From Patescibacteria group bacterium (lineage in GTDB: Bacteria; Patescibacteriota; Patescibacteriia; Magasanikbacterales; UBA922), in contig JBAZIZ010000001.1 of assembly GCA_041651535.1 (NCBI GenBank), positions 6,011-70,010 on the forward strand: a stretch of DNA of 64,000 nucleotides, read 5' to 3'. This document shows, in pieces, positions 1 through 10,080 of the stretch. The notes under the pieces are model-generated. The model did not search any database, was not told the origin of the DNA, and saw only the letters and a program-made list of their open reading frames with translations. Position 1 is the first letter of the stretch, and every line of letters starts with the position of its first letter. A program made the position numbers and the translations under genes.

Positions 1-1056
1 GCGTTTAATAAGTATTATAAACCAGAATTTTTAGAACATGGTTGGGGAGAAACCTGGTTTGATAACGCCCACAGTGTGATTATGAATACGATTGCAGTCC
101 AAGGTTTATTTGGTATTCTTTCTTATTTAGCAATTTATGTTTTAGTGATTTTGACTATTATAAAATTTTATCGTTTAGGAAAAATTGATAAACATACAGC
201 TTTTTTTGGTCTCGCAATAATTTTATCTCATTTAGTGACAATCACGACAGTGTTTGATAATCCAACCTCATATCTTTACTTTTTTTGTTTTTTAGCTTTT
301 TTAAATTCAGCAACAACAATGAAACAGGAAACAGAAAAAAAATATTTAGAAAGAGATTTTAGTTGGCCTTTGTTTGTTATTGTTTTTTTATTTTCAATTT
401 TGTTTATTTATTCAACTGATATCAATCCAGCTCGAGCTAATAAAGCAGCTTTAAAAACTATCAGAGCTTTATATAGTGGAGTAAATGTCTCAGCAGAATA
501 TAAAAACGCTAGTTTAATACCAACGCCACATATTGATGATATCAGAAATGATTTTGCAAAAATTTCCGTAGAAATTTTACAAAAATTTTTAGAATTAAAC
601 AAAACTCAAAATGCTCCAGAAATTTTTAAATTAGCTTTTGAAGAAGAACAAAAAAATTTAGAATTGCATCCGCTAGATGTTAGAATAAAAATAACTTTAG
701 CTGAATTAGCACAATTAGGAGCAAAGATAAATCAGGACGCTAATCTTTTACTCTATGCGGATAATATGATTAGCGATGCTTTAGTTGATTCTCCGAAAAG
801 ACAACAACTTTTTCTTAGTGGAGCTTTGATAAAAATTTATATGAATGATAATTTAGGAGCAGAAAAATTATTATTACAAGCAGTTGAATCTGATCCAAAA
901 ATTGAAGAAGTGTGGTGGCGTTTAGCAGCTTTTTATTATGATACAAATCAAAAAGAAAAAGCTAAAGAAGCTATTATTAGAGCTGAAAAAGAATTTTCTA
1001 TTAAATTTAAAAGTTTAGAAGGAAATAATATCAAAAATTTGGTTTTTGAAAAATAA
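1..1056 (+). CDS. Polytopic membrane protein with C-terminal TPR-like repeats; 5' end lies outside the window (possibly an O-antigen-ligase/GT-C-like enzyme)
   Basis: Frame 1 is open from nt 1 with no stop before the listed ORF 76..1056. Multiple hydrophobic helices; TPR-like C-terminus (…VESDPKIEEVWWRLAAFYYDTNQKEKA…). Confidence 0.5.
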   Translation, partial: AFNKYYKPEFLEHGWGETWFDNAHSVIMNTIAVQGLFGILSYLAIYVLVILTIIKFYRLGKIDKHTAFFGLAIILSHLVTITTVFDNPTSYLYFFCFLAFLNSATTMKQETEKKYLERDFSWPLFVIVFLFSILFIYSTDINPARANKAALKTIRALYSGVNVSAEYKNASLIPTPHIDDIRNDFAKISVEILQKFLELNKTQNAPEIFKLAFEEEQKNLELHPLDVRIKITLAELAQLGAKINQDANLLLYADNMISDALVDSPKRQQLFLSGALIKIYMNDNLGAEKLLLQAVESDPKIEEVWWRLAAFYYDTNQKEKAKEAIIRAEKEFSIKFKSLEGNNIKNLVFEK

Positions 1057-1059
1057 TTT

Positions 1060-2193
1060 ATGAATTGTCTCAATAATAACAAATTAGCTTTGTTTTTTAC
1101 TACGGGCATAAGTCTGGCTACTTGGGAAAAAATTGGTAATTTAGAAAGAGAAATAAAACCTTATATAAAATTAACAGAAAATTATTCCGAAGTTTATTTT
1201 TTTACTTATGGTGACAAAAAAGATGAAGAAATTTTAAAAAAATATAATGATAAAATAAAAGTCTGTTATAAAAAAAATAAATTAAATAATAAAATTTATA
1301 GTTTTTTACTACCTTTTTTTTATAAAAAAGAATTAAAAAATATAGATATTTATAAAACAAACCAAATGTCTGGCGCTTGGTCAGCCTTAATAGCTAAAAA
1401 ATTATTTAAGAAAAAATTGCTTGTTCGTTGTGGTTATGAATGGTCTGATTTTTTAGAAAGAAATAATAAAAATAAATTTATATTATTAATTGCAAAAATA
1501 ATTGAAAAAATAATTTACAAAAATGCTGATAAAATTATTATAACTTCACAAAAAGATCAAGACTTTATTATAAATAATTTCAAAATCAAGCAAGAAAAAA
1601 TAGAAGTGATAAATAATTATATTGATATAGATTTATTTAAAAAAGAAAAAAATAATTTAGTCAGAAAAAATAAATTAGTTTTTGTTGGCAGATTTAATAA
1701 ACAAAAAAATTTATTTAATTTGTTAGAGGCTATGAATGGTTTGGATGTGGAATTAAATTTGATCGGGAGTGGAGAACTAGAAAATGAATTAAAAGAAAAC
1801 GCAAAAAATATTAAAAATGCAAAAATAAATTTTTTGGGAAATATTTTAAATGAAAATTTAATAGACAAATTGAATGAAAATGAAATTTTTGTTTTTCCAA
1901 GTTTATATGAAGGAAATCCAAAAGCTCTGCTTGAAGCGATGTCTGCAGGACTAGCGGTTTTGTCTACAAATGTAAAAGGAATTAGAGAAGTTATAGATCA
2001 TAAAGAAAATGGTTATTTGGTAAATACAGATTCAGATTCAATCAAACAAGGTTTGATAGAATTATTGAATAATGAAGAATTAAAAGAAAAAATAAGTGCT
2101 GGTGCTAGAAAAACTATTGAAGAAAAATTTTCTTTTGAAAAAATAATAGAAAAAGAACTAGACTTACATAAAAATTTATTATGCCAAAAGTAA
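1060..2193 (+). CDS. Glycosyltransferase family 1 (GT4-like)
   Basis: C-terminal GT1 signature FVGRF…EGNPKALLEAMSAGLAVLSTNVKGIREVI (E-x7-E motif region). Confidence 0.8.
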   Translation: MNCLNNNKLALFFTTGISLATWEKIGNLEREIKPYIKLTENYSEVYFFTYGDKKDEEILKKYNDKIKVCYKKNKLNNKIYSFLLPFFYKKELKNIDIYKTNQMSGAWSALIAKKLFKKKLLVRCGYEWSDFLERNNKNKFILLIAKIIEKIIYKNADKIIITSQKDQDFIINNFKIKQEKIEVINNYIDIDLFKKEKNNLVRKNKLVFVGRFNKQKNLFNLLEAMNGLDVELNLIGSGELENELKENAKNIKNAKINFLGNILNENLIDKLNENEIFVFPSLYEGNPKALLEAMSAGLAVLSTNVKGIREVIDHKENGYLVNTDSDSIKQGLIELLNNEELKEKISAGARKTIEEKFSFEKIIEKELDLHKNLLCQK

Positions 2194-4010
2194 GTGTCAT
2201 AATGTCAGTTTATAATGGAGAAAAATATTTATCCGAAGCGATAGAGAGTATTTTAGTCCAAACTTTTAAAGATTTTGAGTTTATTATTATCGACGATGCT
2301 TCAATTGATAATTCTTTTAAAATTATAGAAAAATACAAAAATAAAGATAATAGAATAATTTTGCTTAAAAACCAAGAAAATTTAGGTCTAACAAAATCAC
2401 TTAACAAAGCTATAAAAATAGCAAAAGGGGATTATATTGCTAGGATGGATGCTGATGATGTTTCTGTTGAAGATAGATTGGAAAAACAAATAAATTTTTT
2501 AGAAAATAATAAAAATATTGATTTAATAGGTACTGATGTTGAGTTTATAGATAATAACAAATTAAAACATACTCTTATTTTTGATAAAGAAAAAATCAAA
2601 AAAGTTTTTTTCCATCATAATCCTATGATTCATCCAACTTGGATGTTTAAAAAAGAAATTTTGAAAAAAATTAATTATGATGAAAAATATTTATATGCGC
2701 AAGATTATAAATTTTTAGCAGATCTGTTAAAAAATGATTTTATTTTTACAAATTTAGATGATAAATTATTAAAATTTAGATTGGCTCAGGAGAGTATTTC
2801 ACAAAAAAAAAATGTCTTACAAAGATATTATTCACTTGAAGTTAGAAGATTTTTATTTAAAAACAATCTATATCCAAAATATAAAAAAATATTTTTATTT
2901 AGGCAATATTTAAAATATTATTATTTAGTTTTTAAAAATAAATTAGAAAAAGAGAATACTGCTATTTTTTTATCAAGTTTAAGAGGAGGTGGATTTACTT
3001 ATATTAAAAATTTTTTAGATAGTACAGAAAAAAAATATTTTATAATTGCAAAGGATGATAATAAAGAAAATTTAGAATTTTTAATAAAACACAGTCAAGT
3101 AAAAGAAATTTTTATTTATAAAAGTTTTTTGTCTATTTTTAAGATAATTAACTTTGTTAAAAGAAATAAAATAAAAGTTTTTTATTCTCAGGGTGTAAGG
3201 GTGATAATCTTTGCGAGAATTATAAAATTATTTTTACCTAAAATAATACTTATAAATATTTTTCATGGTTATTTTTTTGTGCATTATAAAAATTTATTAA
3301 AAAGAAAAATATTTTTATTTTTAGAAAAAGTTTTTTATTTTTTAGATAATGGTCAGATATTTTTGACTGAAAGTGATAGAAATTTTGCTAAAAAAAATAA
3401 AAGTTTAGCAAAAAATAATGTTATTATTGCCAATGAAATAAATTTTCCTGAAAAATTAGATAAAAATTTTGCTAATCAAGTTTTAAATATTGGTTTTTTA
3501 GGAAGATGGCGATATGAAAAAGGGATAGATATTTTTCTTGAAATAATTGAAAAATTAAATAATAAAAATTCAGAAAAATATAACTTTTATCTAAAAGGGG
3601 ATGGAGATTTTAATTTAGAAGTAGAAAATATAAATAAAAAATATAATAATGTAAATTTAGAAAAATTTGATAATAATATAAAAGATTTTTTCACAAAAAT
3701 AGATTTATTGATTTTTCCTTCTCGTCATGAGGGTTTGCCAATCACGATTTTGGAAGCTGGAGCTTATGGAGTACCAGTTTTAGCTAGTAATGTTTGTGGT
3801 AATAGAGATTTAGTAATAAATAATAAAACTGGTTTTTTGGTCGATGTAAATGTAGATAATTTTGTAGAAAAAATAGAAAATTTGGATAATTTAAAACTAA
3901 AAGATATCGCAGAAAATGCTCGAATAAATTTATTAGAAAAAAATAGCAAGCCACAAAGAATGACACAAAAAACAGAGGAATTTATTTTTGGTGTAGTAAA
4001 TAAAAAATAA
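2181..4010 (+). CDS. Bifunctional glycosyltransferase: N-terminal GT2 domain fused to C-terminal GT1 domain
   Basis: N-terminus VSVIMSVYNGEKYL…IIIDDASIDNS (GT2 DxD region). C-terminus FLGRWRYEKGIDIF…EGLPITILEAGAYGVPVLASNVCGNRDLV (GT1). About 200 aa of unassigned linker. Confidence 0.75.
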   Translation: MPKVSVIMSVYNGEKYLSEAIESILVQTFKDFEFIIIDDASIDNSFKIIEKYKNKDNRIILLKNQENLGLTKSLNKAIKIAKGDYIARMDADDVSVEDRLEKQINFLENNKNIDLIGTDVEFIDNNKLKHTLIFDKEKIKKVFFHHNPMIHPTWMFKKEILKKINYDEKYLYAQDYKFLADLLKNDFIFTNLDDKLLKFRLAQESISQKKNVLQRYYSLEVRRFLFKNNLYPKYKKIFLFRQYLKYYYLVFKNKLEKENTAIFLSSLRGGGFTYIKNFLDSTEKKYFIIAKDDNKENLEFLIKHSQVKEIFIYKSFLSIFKIINFVKRNKIKVFYSQGVRVIIFARIIKLFLPKIILINIFHGYFFVHYKNLLKRKIFLFLEKVFYFLDNGQIFLTESDRNFAKKNKSLAKNNVIIANEINFPEKLDKNFANQVLNIGFLGRWRYEKGIDIFLEIIEKLNNKNSEKYNFYLKGDGDFNLEVENINKKYNNVNLEKFDNNIKDFFTKIDLLIFPSRHEGLPITILEAGAYGVPVLASNVCGNRDLVINNKTGFLVDVNVDNFVEKIENLDNLKLKDIAENARINLLEKNSKPQRMTQKTEEFIFGVVNKK

Positions 4011-4011
4011 T

Positions 4012-5115
4012 ATGAAAAAAATATTACAAGTAAATAAATTATATTATCCATGGATTGGTGGAGTAGAAAAAGTTGTGGAAGATTTAGCAGAAAATATAAA
4101 TGACGGAGAAAATTTTGTTTCTCATGTTTTGTGTGCAAATAATAAAGGAAAAGCAAAAGAAGATAATATAAACGGAGTAAAAGTTTTTTATGCCAAAAGT
4201 TATGGAATGTTTATGAGTCAGCCGATTTCTCTAGATTTTTTTAGAAAATTTAAAAAGATAAGAAATGACTATGATATTATAGATATTCATCATCCAAATC
4301 CAATGGCATTTTTAGCTTGCTATTTATTTAAACCAAGAGGAAAAATTATTATTCATTATCATAGCGATATTATAAAACAAAAAATAATTGGTTTTTTTAT
4401 AAAACCACTTGTATTGAAAGTGATGAAGATGTCTGATAAGATAATAATATCAAATCCAAACATGATAAAAAGTTCAAAAATTTTATCTAAATTTAAAGAA
4501 AAATGTGAAGTTATACCTTTTGGGATTGATTTAAAAGAAATTGAACAGAATTTAGATGAGAATTTACAAAAGCAAATAAAAGAAAAATACGGAAATTATG
4601 TTTTATTTGTTGGTAGATTAATTTATTATAAAGGTGTTCATGTTTTGATTGAGGCTATAAAAAATTTGAATATAAATTTGGTAATTATTGGGGCAGGTAA
4701 ATTAGAAAGTGATCTTAAAAAACAGGTAAAAAATTTAAATTTAGAAGATAAAGTTTTTTTCTTGGAAAATAAATCAAGAAAAGAGCTTATAAATTTTTAT
4801 AGTCAAGCAAAAATGTTTGTTTTGCCATCTATTTTTAAATCTGAAGCCTTTGGGGTAGTTTTACTCGAAGCTATGGTTAATGGAATTCCACTTATTTCAA
4901 CTGAACTTGGGACTGGAACAAGTTTTGTAAATGAAAATGGTAAAACAGGTTATGTGGTAGAAAAAAATAATCCAAATGAATTGAAACAAGCGATTGAAAA
5001 AATATTAAATAATAAAGAAGTTGATTTTAAAAATAATTGTTTGAAAAGAATAGAAGAATGTTTTACTTTTGACAAGTTTATTGAAAAAAATAAAAAAGTT
5101 TATGAAAATATTTAA
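4012..5115 (+). CDS. Glycosyltransferase family 1
   Basis: FVGRLIYYKGVHVLIEAI … EAFGVVLLEAMVNGIPLISTELGTG GT1 motifs. Confidence 0.8.
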   Translation: MKKILQVNKLYYPWIGGVEKVVEDLAENINDGENFVSHVLCANNKGKAKEDNINGVKVFYAKSYGMFMSQPISLDFFRKFKKIRNDYDIIDIHHPNPMAFLACYLFKPRGKIIIHYHSDIIKQKIIGFFIKPLVLKVMKMSDKIIISNPNMIKSSKILSKFKEKCEVIPFGIDLKEIEQNLDENLQKQIKEKYGNYVLFVGRLIYYKGVHVLIEAIKNLNINLVIIGAGKLESDLKKQVKNLNLEDKVFFLENKSRKELINFYSQAKMFVLPSIFKSEAFGVVLLEAMVNGIPLISTELGTGTSFVNENGKTGYVVEKNNPNELKQAIEKILNNKEVDFKNNCLKRIEECFTFDKFIEKNKKVYENI

Positions 5116-5773
5116 AATAAAATTTATAAATAAGAATTTACTAAATATTTTTGTAAAATTAGATAATTTTTGTTATAAAATAATTTCTCGTTTGGTTATT
5201 TATGAAAATGATGGAGTTCACCCAAAACATAAGATAATGAATTATCATAAATTTTTTATTGATAATATAAATGAAAATGATGAAATTTTAGATATTGGCT
5301 GTGGAAAAGGAGAAAATGCATATGACATAGCACAAAAAGCTAAAAAAGTTTTAGGTATAGATATCAAAGAAAATAATATTAAAACTGCTAATGAAAAATA
5401 TCACCATGCCTGCCGGCAGACAGGAAAAGCAAATTTAGAATTTTTAGTCGGAGATGCGACTAAGAATAATTTTTCTAAAAAGTTTGATAAAATAGTTTTA
5501 TCAAATGTTTTAGAACATATTGAAAACAGAGTAGAATTTTTAAAAAGTCTACATAATATTTCGGATGTGATTTTAATCAGAGTTCCGATGATAGATCGAG
5601 ATTGGTTAGCTGTTTATAAGAAGAATAAAGGTTTTGAGTATAGATTGGATCCAACACATTTTATTGAATATACTTTGGATGAATTAAAAAAAGAATTAAG
5701 AGATTCTGGTTGGAAGATAGAAGATTATTCAATTCAGTTTGGAGAGTTTTGGGGGGTAATTAGTAAAGTATGA
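5102..5773 (+). CDS. Class I SAM-dependent methyltransferase
   Basis: Motif I ILDIGCGKGENA and post-I VLGIDIKEN. ORF track starts at 5069; in-frame ATG at 5102 (MKIFKIKF) gives only a 14-nt overlap with the upstream GT1. Contains an in-frame GC-rich palindrome at 5405-5424. Confidence 0.7.
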   Translation: MKIFKIKFINKNLLNIFVKLDNFCYKIISRLVIYENDGVHPKHKIMNYHKFFIDNINENDEILDIGCGKGENAYDIAQKAKKVLGIDIKENNIKTANEKYHHACRQTGKANLEFLVGDATKNNFSKKFDKIVLSNVLEHIENRVEFLKSLHNISDVILIRVPMIDRDWLAVYKKNKGFEYRLDPTHFIEYTLDELKKELRDSGWKIEDYSIQFGEFWGVISKV

Positions 5774-6819
5774 AAGAGAAAATAAAAATATTTATAGATA
5801 TTTTTAAAAATATTTTTTTAAAATATAGCGTTATTTATATAATAGAGTCAGCTGATTGGTCTATAAGATGGGATGGATTTTACATAACTTCTAGTTTAAA
5901 AAATAAAAAAATAAAATCTAGAATATCTAGAACAAGTAGAGGAATAAAGAATTCTATCATACATTTTGGTTCAGTAAGTACACTTATTAATAATAATGGA
6001 ATTAAAAAAGTAGATAAAAGCAATAAAATTATTTTAACTTGGTTTCATATAATAGAAGATGATAAAAAATTAAAGTTTATTTCAGAAATTAATGAAGAAG
6101 TAGATTTGGTTCACACCTCATGTCAAAAAACAAAAGATTTATTAATTAAACACGGCTTAACAGAAGAAAAAATAATTGTTATTCCTCTTGGAGTTGATTT
6201 AAATATTTTTAAAAAGTATTCTGAAGAAAAAAAACAAAAAATAAAAAATAAATTAAATTTACCAATTAATAAAAATATAATTGGATCTTTCCAAAAAGAT
6301 GGTCAAGGTTGGGGAGAAGGTTTAAAACCAAAATTAGAAAAAGGTCCAGATATTTTTTGTGATGTAGTAGAAAAAATAGCCAAAGAAAAAGATATTCATG
6401 TTTTACTTACAGGACCAGCGCGAGGTTATGTAAAAGAGAGATTGGATAAAGTTGGTATTAGTTATACTCATCATTATATTAGGAATTATCTCAGTATAGT
6501 TGATTATTATAATTGTCTAGATTTATATTTGGTAACTTCTAGAGCAGAAGGTGGACCGAAAGCGATCTTAGAATCAATGGCCACAGGAATACCTTTTATA
6601 ACTACAGATGTGGGATTGGTAAGTGATATATTAGAAAATACTAAAAATACCTATATTTGTTATAATGATACTGAACTATTTGAAAAAAGTATTTATTTAT
6701 TAAATAATAAAGGCAATCAAGAAGAATTTATAAAAAATAATTTAGTGGAAATAAAAAAATATTCTTGGGGAAAAATAACAGAAGAATATTTTGATAAAAT
6801 TTATAAAAAATTTTTATGA
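5770..6819 (+). CDS. Glycosyltransferase family 1-like
   Basis: C-terminal YLVTSRAEGGPKAILESMATGIPFITTDVG GT1-type motif. ATGA start/stop overlap with the upstream gene. Confidence 0.6.
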   Translation: MKEKIKIFIDIFKNIFLKYSVIYIIESADWSIRWDGFYITSSLKNKKIKSRISRTSRGIKNSIIHFGSVSTLINNNGIKKVDKSNKIILTWFHIIEDDKKLKFISEINEEVDLVHTSCQKTKDLLIKHGLTEEKIIVIPLGVDLNIFKKYSEEKKQKIKNKLNLPINKNIIGSFQKDGQGWGEGLKPKLEKGPDIFCDVVEKIAKEKDIHVLLTGPARGYVKERLDKVGISYTHHYIRNYLSIVDYYNCLDLYLVTSRAEGGPKAILESMATGIPFITTDVGLVSDILENTKNTYICYNDTELFEKSIYLLNNKGNQEEFIKNNLVEIKKYSWGKITEEYFDKIYKKFL

Positions 6820-7877
6820 AAATTTGTCTGAATACAAAATTTATTGAAGGACCATTTGGTGGGGGAATGCAGTTTGCAAATTTTTTTTATAAAAAATTAA
6901 AAGAAAAAGGTTTTGAAGTTGTAAATAATTTAAAAGATAGTGATATTGATGTTATTTTTCATATAAATCCTTTTCCATTTTTAATGGAATCATCATCTTT
7001 TTCTTTTTTGGATGCTTATGTTTACAAATTAAAAAATCCTAAAACAATTATTATTCAAAGAGTTAATGAGTGTGATGAAAGAAAAAACACAAATTATATA
7101 AATAATTTATTGTATAAAACAGTCAAATATTCTGATCACATAATTTATATTGCATCTTGGCTTGAAAAACTTTTTTCTGATAAATATAAAATAATGAAAG
7201 ATAAAAGTGCGGGCGTGGTTTTAAATGGTGCTGATAATAATATTTTTAATTTCAAAAATAAAGATTTTTGGAATGACGGTAAAAAAATCAAAATAGTTAC
7301 TCACCACTGGGGTGCTGATTACAATAAAGGTCATTTTATCTATAAAAAATTAGATGATTTATTGAATTTGGATGAATTTAAAAATAATTTTGAATTTACC
7401 TTTATTGGTAATATTCCAAAAAATATAGAATATAAAAATATAAAAATAATAAAACCTTTGTCAGGCAATAGATTAGCTGATGAACTTAAAAAACATGATA
7501 TTTATCTGACTGCTTCTTTGAATGAACCAGCTGGGATGCATCATATTGAAGGCGCATTATGTGGTTTACCACTGTTATATATAAATTCTGGTGCTTTACC
7601 TGAATATTGTAATAATTTTGGTTTAGAATTTAATAATGATAATTTTGAAAAAAAGTTACTAGAGATGAAAAATAATTATAATTTTTGGCTAGAGAAAATA
7701 AAAAATTATAATAATACTGCAGAAAAAATGGTGGATAATTATATAAAAAAGATTTTAGAATTAAAAAATAAACAGAAAAATATAAAAAGAAGAAAATTTT
7801 TTTTAAGTTTTATTTATAGAATATATTCAAAAATATATAATTTTGTTTGGTTTTTTAAAAAAAGATATGTTAAATAA
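6816..7877 (+). CDS. Glycosyltransferase (GT1-like fold)
   Basis: YLTASLNEPAGMHHIEGALCGLPLLYINSGALPEY resembles the GT-B C-terminal nucleotide-binding motif. ATGA overlap with the upstream gene. Confidence 0.55.
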   Translation: MKICLNTKFIEGPFGGGMQFANFFYKKLKEKGFEVVNNLKDSDIDVIFHINPFPFLMESSSFSFLDAYVYKLKNPKTIIIQRVNECDERKNTNYINNLLYKTVKYSDHIIYIASWLEKLFSDKYKIMKDKSAGVVLNGADNNIFNFKNKDFWNDGKKIKIVTHHWGADYNKGHFIYKKLDDLLNLDEFKNNFEFTFIGNIPKNIEYKNIKIIKPLSGNRLADELKKHDIYLTASLNEPAGMHHIEGALCGLPLLYINSGALPEYCNNFGLEFNNDNFEKKLLEMKNNYNFWLEKIKNYNNTAEKMVDNYIKKILELKNKQKNIKRRKFFLSFIYRIYSKIYNFVWFFKKRYVK

Positions 7878-8517
7878 TAATTATAAAAAACAAGTTAATA
7901 AAGAATTATATTTTGATAAAAATTATATAACTTTTGGTAGAATATCAACTTATTGTTTATTGATTAAAAATGTATTTAAATTAAAGGAGAGACCAGTAAA
8001 TATTTTAGAAATTGGACCCGGTAATAAAATATTAACCAATTTTTTAATTAATTGTGGTTTTTTTGTAGAAACTTTGGATTTTGATGAGAAAATTAATCCA
8101 GATTATGTAATGGATGTGAACAGTAGTAATTTTGAAAAAGTAAATAAAAAATATGATTTGGTGATTGCTTCACAAGTTTTTGAACATATTAGATTTGAAG
8201 ACTTTATAAAAGCTTTGGAAAAATTGAAGACAAAAACAAATAAATTGTTTATAACCCTGCCCCACTATAGTAAAAATTCTATTTCTTTTTTCTTTGCTTT
8301 TAAAATACCTTTTATTAAATATTTTTTTATTAGTAAAAAGTTTAATTTTTTTAAAAAACATTATTTGTTTAATAAACAACATTATTGGGAAATTGGAACA
8401 AAAGACACTTCTTTAAAAAAAATCAAGAAAGAGATAAAAAAGACCGGTTGGAAAATAAAAGAAAATTATATAAATGAAAATTACTCTTATCATCATTTTT
8501 TTTATTTAGAAAATTAA
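7867..8517 (+). CDS. Class I SAM-dependent methyltransferase
   Basis: ILEIGPGNKILTNFLINCGFFVETLDFDE (motif I/post-I). ORF-track start 7843 is TTG; first ATG is at 7867. Confidence 0.6.
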   Translation: MLNNNYKKQVNKELYFDKNYITFGRISTYCLLIKNVFKLKERPVNILEIGPGNKILTNFLINCGFFVETLDFDEKINPDYVMDVNSSNFEKVNKKYDLVIASQVFEHIRFEDFIKALEKLKTKTNKLFITLPHYSKNSISFFFAFKIPFIKYFFISKKFNFFKKHYLFNKQHYWEIGTKDTSLKKIKKEIKKTGWKIKENYINENYSYHHFFYLEN

Positions 8518-8519
8518 AT

Positions 8520-9605
8520 ATGTATTTAGATAAAAAAAATAATATAAATTGGATTTTTGAATTGAAAAATAAAGTTCCTATTTTTTTAGATCAATTAAAA
8601 AATAAAAATAAACCAGGTTTTTTGAAATATTCTTTATCAGGAGATTTGTATTCTGAAAAAGAAAACTGGGGATTAGGAAATACTGTGTTTTATGTAAAAA
8701 TTCTATATATTTTGGATTTATTAAAATATTTGAATAGTGAAGAAAAAGAAAAAATTATAAATTTTATAAGAAGTTTTGAAGATAAAAATAATATTTTTTA
8801 TGATCCACTTATTAAAAGAAAATCATTTATAAAAGAAAAGTTGTCAGCTATTAAACACTTTGATTTTAATAATTTTTGGCATAAACAAATAAAAATCGCT
8901 GAAACTAGACAAACTATTTCAGTTTTGAAATTATTAGAAGAAAATTTTACTGTGTCTGATAAATTTTTATTAAAAACAAAAAAAGATATAATAAAATATT
9001 TAGAAAAATTAAATTGGGAAAATCCTTGGAACGCTGGTAGTCATTTGAGTACTCTTTTATTTTTTTTATACAATTCTGATTTAGATAATAAAGAAATTTT
9101 AGTAGATGAAGTTTTAAATTGGTTAGAAAACATTAAACAAATGGACGGTTTTTGGTATAAAGGTAATCCATCAATTCAATATAAAATAAACGGAGCGATG
9201 AAAATTTTTACTGGTTTTGATGCTATAAAAAGAAAACCTGTGGTAGATAAAAAAATAATTGATCAAGTATTGGAAGCTACAAATGATAATCATGCTTGTG
9301 ATAATTTTAATATTATTTATGTTATTTATCATCTAAATTTAGTTTATCCAGAATATAGAAAAGAAGAAATAAAAAAATTTGCTTTAGAACGTTTAGAAAA
9401 TTATAAAAAATATTATTATAAAGACATTGGAGGTTTTTCTTTTCAAAAAAATAAAGCAAATCAGATTTATTATGGTGCGAAAATAACCAAAGGTTTGAAT
9501 GAACCAGATATTCATGGAACAGTTATGTTTTTATTTGGTATTGATTTAATAAGTAGAATTTTAGAAGTTGATAAAAAATTAAAATTTAATTATTTGGAAG
9601 TTTAA
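8520..9605 (+). CDS. Hypothetical protein; possible alpha/alpha-toroid fold with periodic aromatic-Gly motifs
   Basis: 361-aa ORF in operon context with no recognisable catalytic motif. Repeated W/G motifs (WGLGNT, NPWNAGSHLST, DGFWYKGNPS, GGFSFQ) about every 60 aa. Confidence 0.45.
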   Translation: MYLDKKNNINWIFELKNKVPIFLDQLKNKNKPGFLKYSLSGDLYSEKENWGLGNTVFYVKILYILDLLKYLNSEEKEKIINFIRSFEDKNNIFYDPLIKRKSFIKEKLSAIKHFDFNNFWHKQIKIAETRQTISVLKLLEENFTVSDKFLLKTKKDIIKYLEKLNWENPWNAGSHLSTLLFFLYNSDLDNKEILVDEVLNWLENIKQMDGFWYKGNPSIQYKINGAMKIFTGFDAIKRKPVVDKKIIDQVLEATNDNHACDNFNIIYVIYHLNLVYPEYRKEEIKKFALERLENYKKYYYKDIGGFSFQKNKANQIYYGAKITKGLNEPDIHGTVMFLFGIDLISRILEVDKKLKFNYLEV

Positions 9606-9610
9606 AAAAT

Positions 9611-10078
9611 ATGATTTTTATCAAAAAAATTTTTAAAAAAATAAAAAAAATGATAATATTTTTTTATTGGACTAAAAAAATAGCCAAAATTGAAAAAAAT
9701 TCAACTTTGGACCATGTAACAATTTATTATCCTAAAAATGTATTTATTGGTTCAAATACTAGAATAAATAAAGGAGTTATTTTGAATGCTAGAGATAAAA
9801 TTGAAATTGGCTCTTATGTGCATATTTCTTGTAATTCTATTTTAAATACCGGAGGTTTAAATTATGATAAACCAATTGAGGAGAGAGATCATTTTTCTAA
9901 AAAGATTATTATAGAGGATGGAGTTTGGATTGGTTCTGGTGCATTAATAAATCCAGGAATTAAAATAGAAAAAGGATCGGTTATAGGAGCAGGTTCTGTC
10001 ATTACCCATGATGTACCGTCTTATGTTGTGGTTGCGGGTAATCCAGCGAGAGTAATAAAAGAAATAAAAAAAAATTAA
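9611..10078 (+). CDS. Hexapeptide-repeat (left-handed beta-helix) sugar O-acetyltransferase
   Basis: VWIGSGALINPGIKIEKGSVIGAGSVITHDVPSYVVVAGNPARVIKEI hexapeptide repeats. Confidence 0.75.
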   Translation: MIFIKKIFKKIKKMIIFFYWTKKIAKIEKNSTLDHVTIYYPKNVFIGSNTRINKGVILNARDKIEIGSYVHISCNSILNTGGLNYDKPIEERDHFSKKIIIEDGVWIGSGALINPGIKIEKGSVIGAGSVITHDVPSYVVVAGNPARVIKEIKKN

Positions 10079-10080
10079 AT

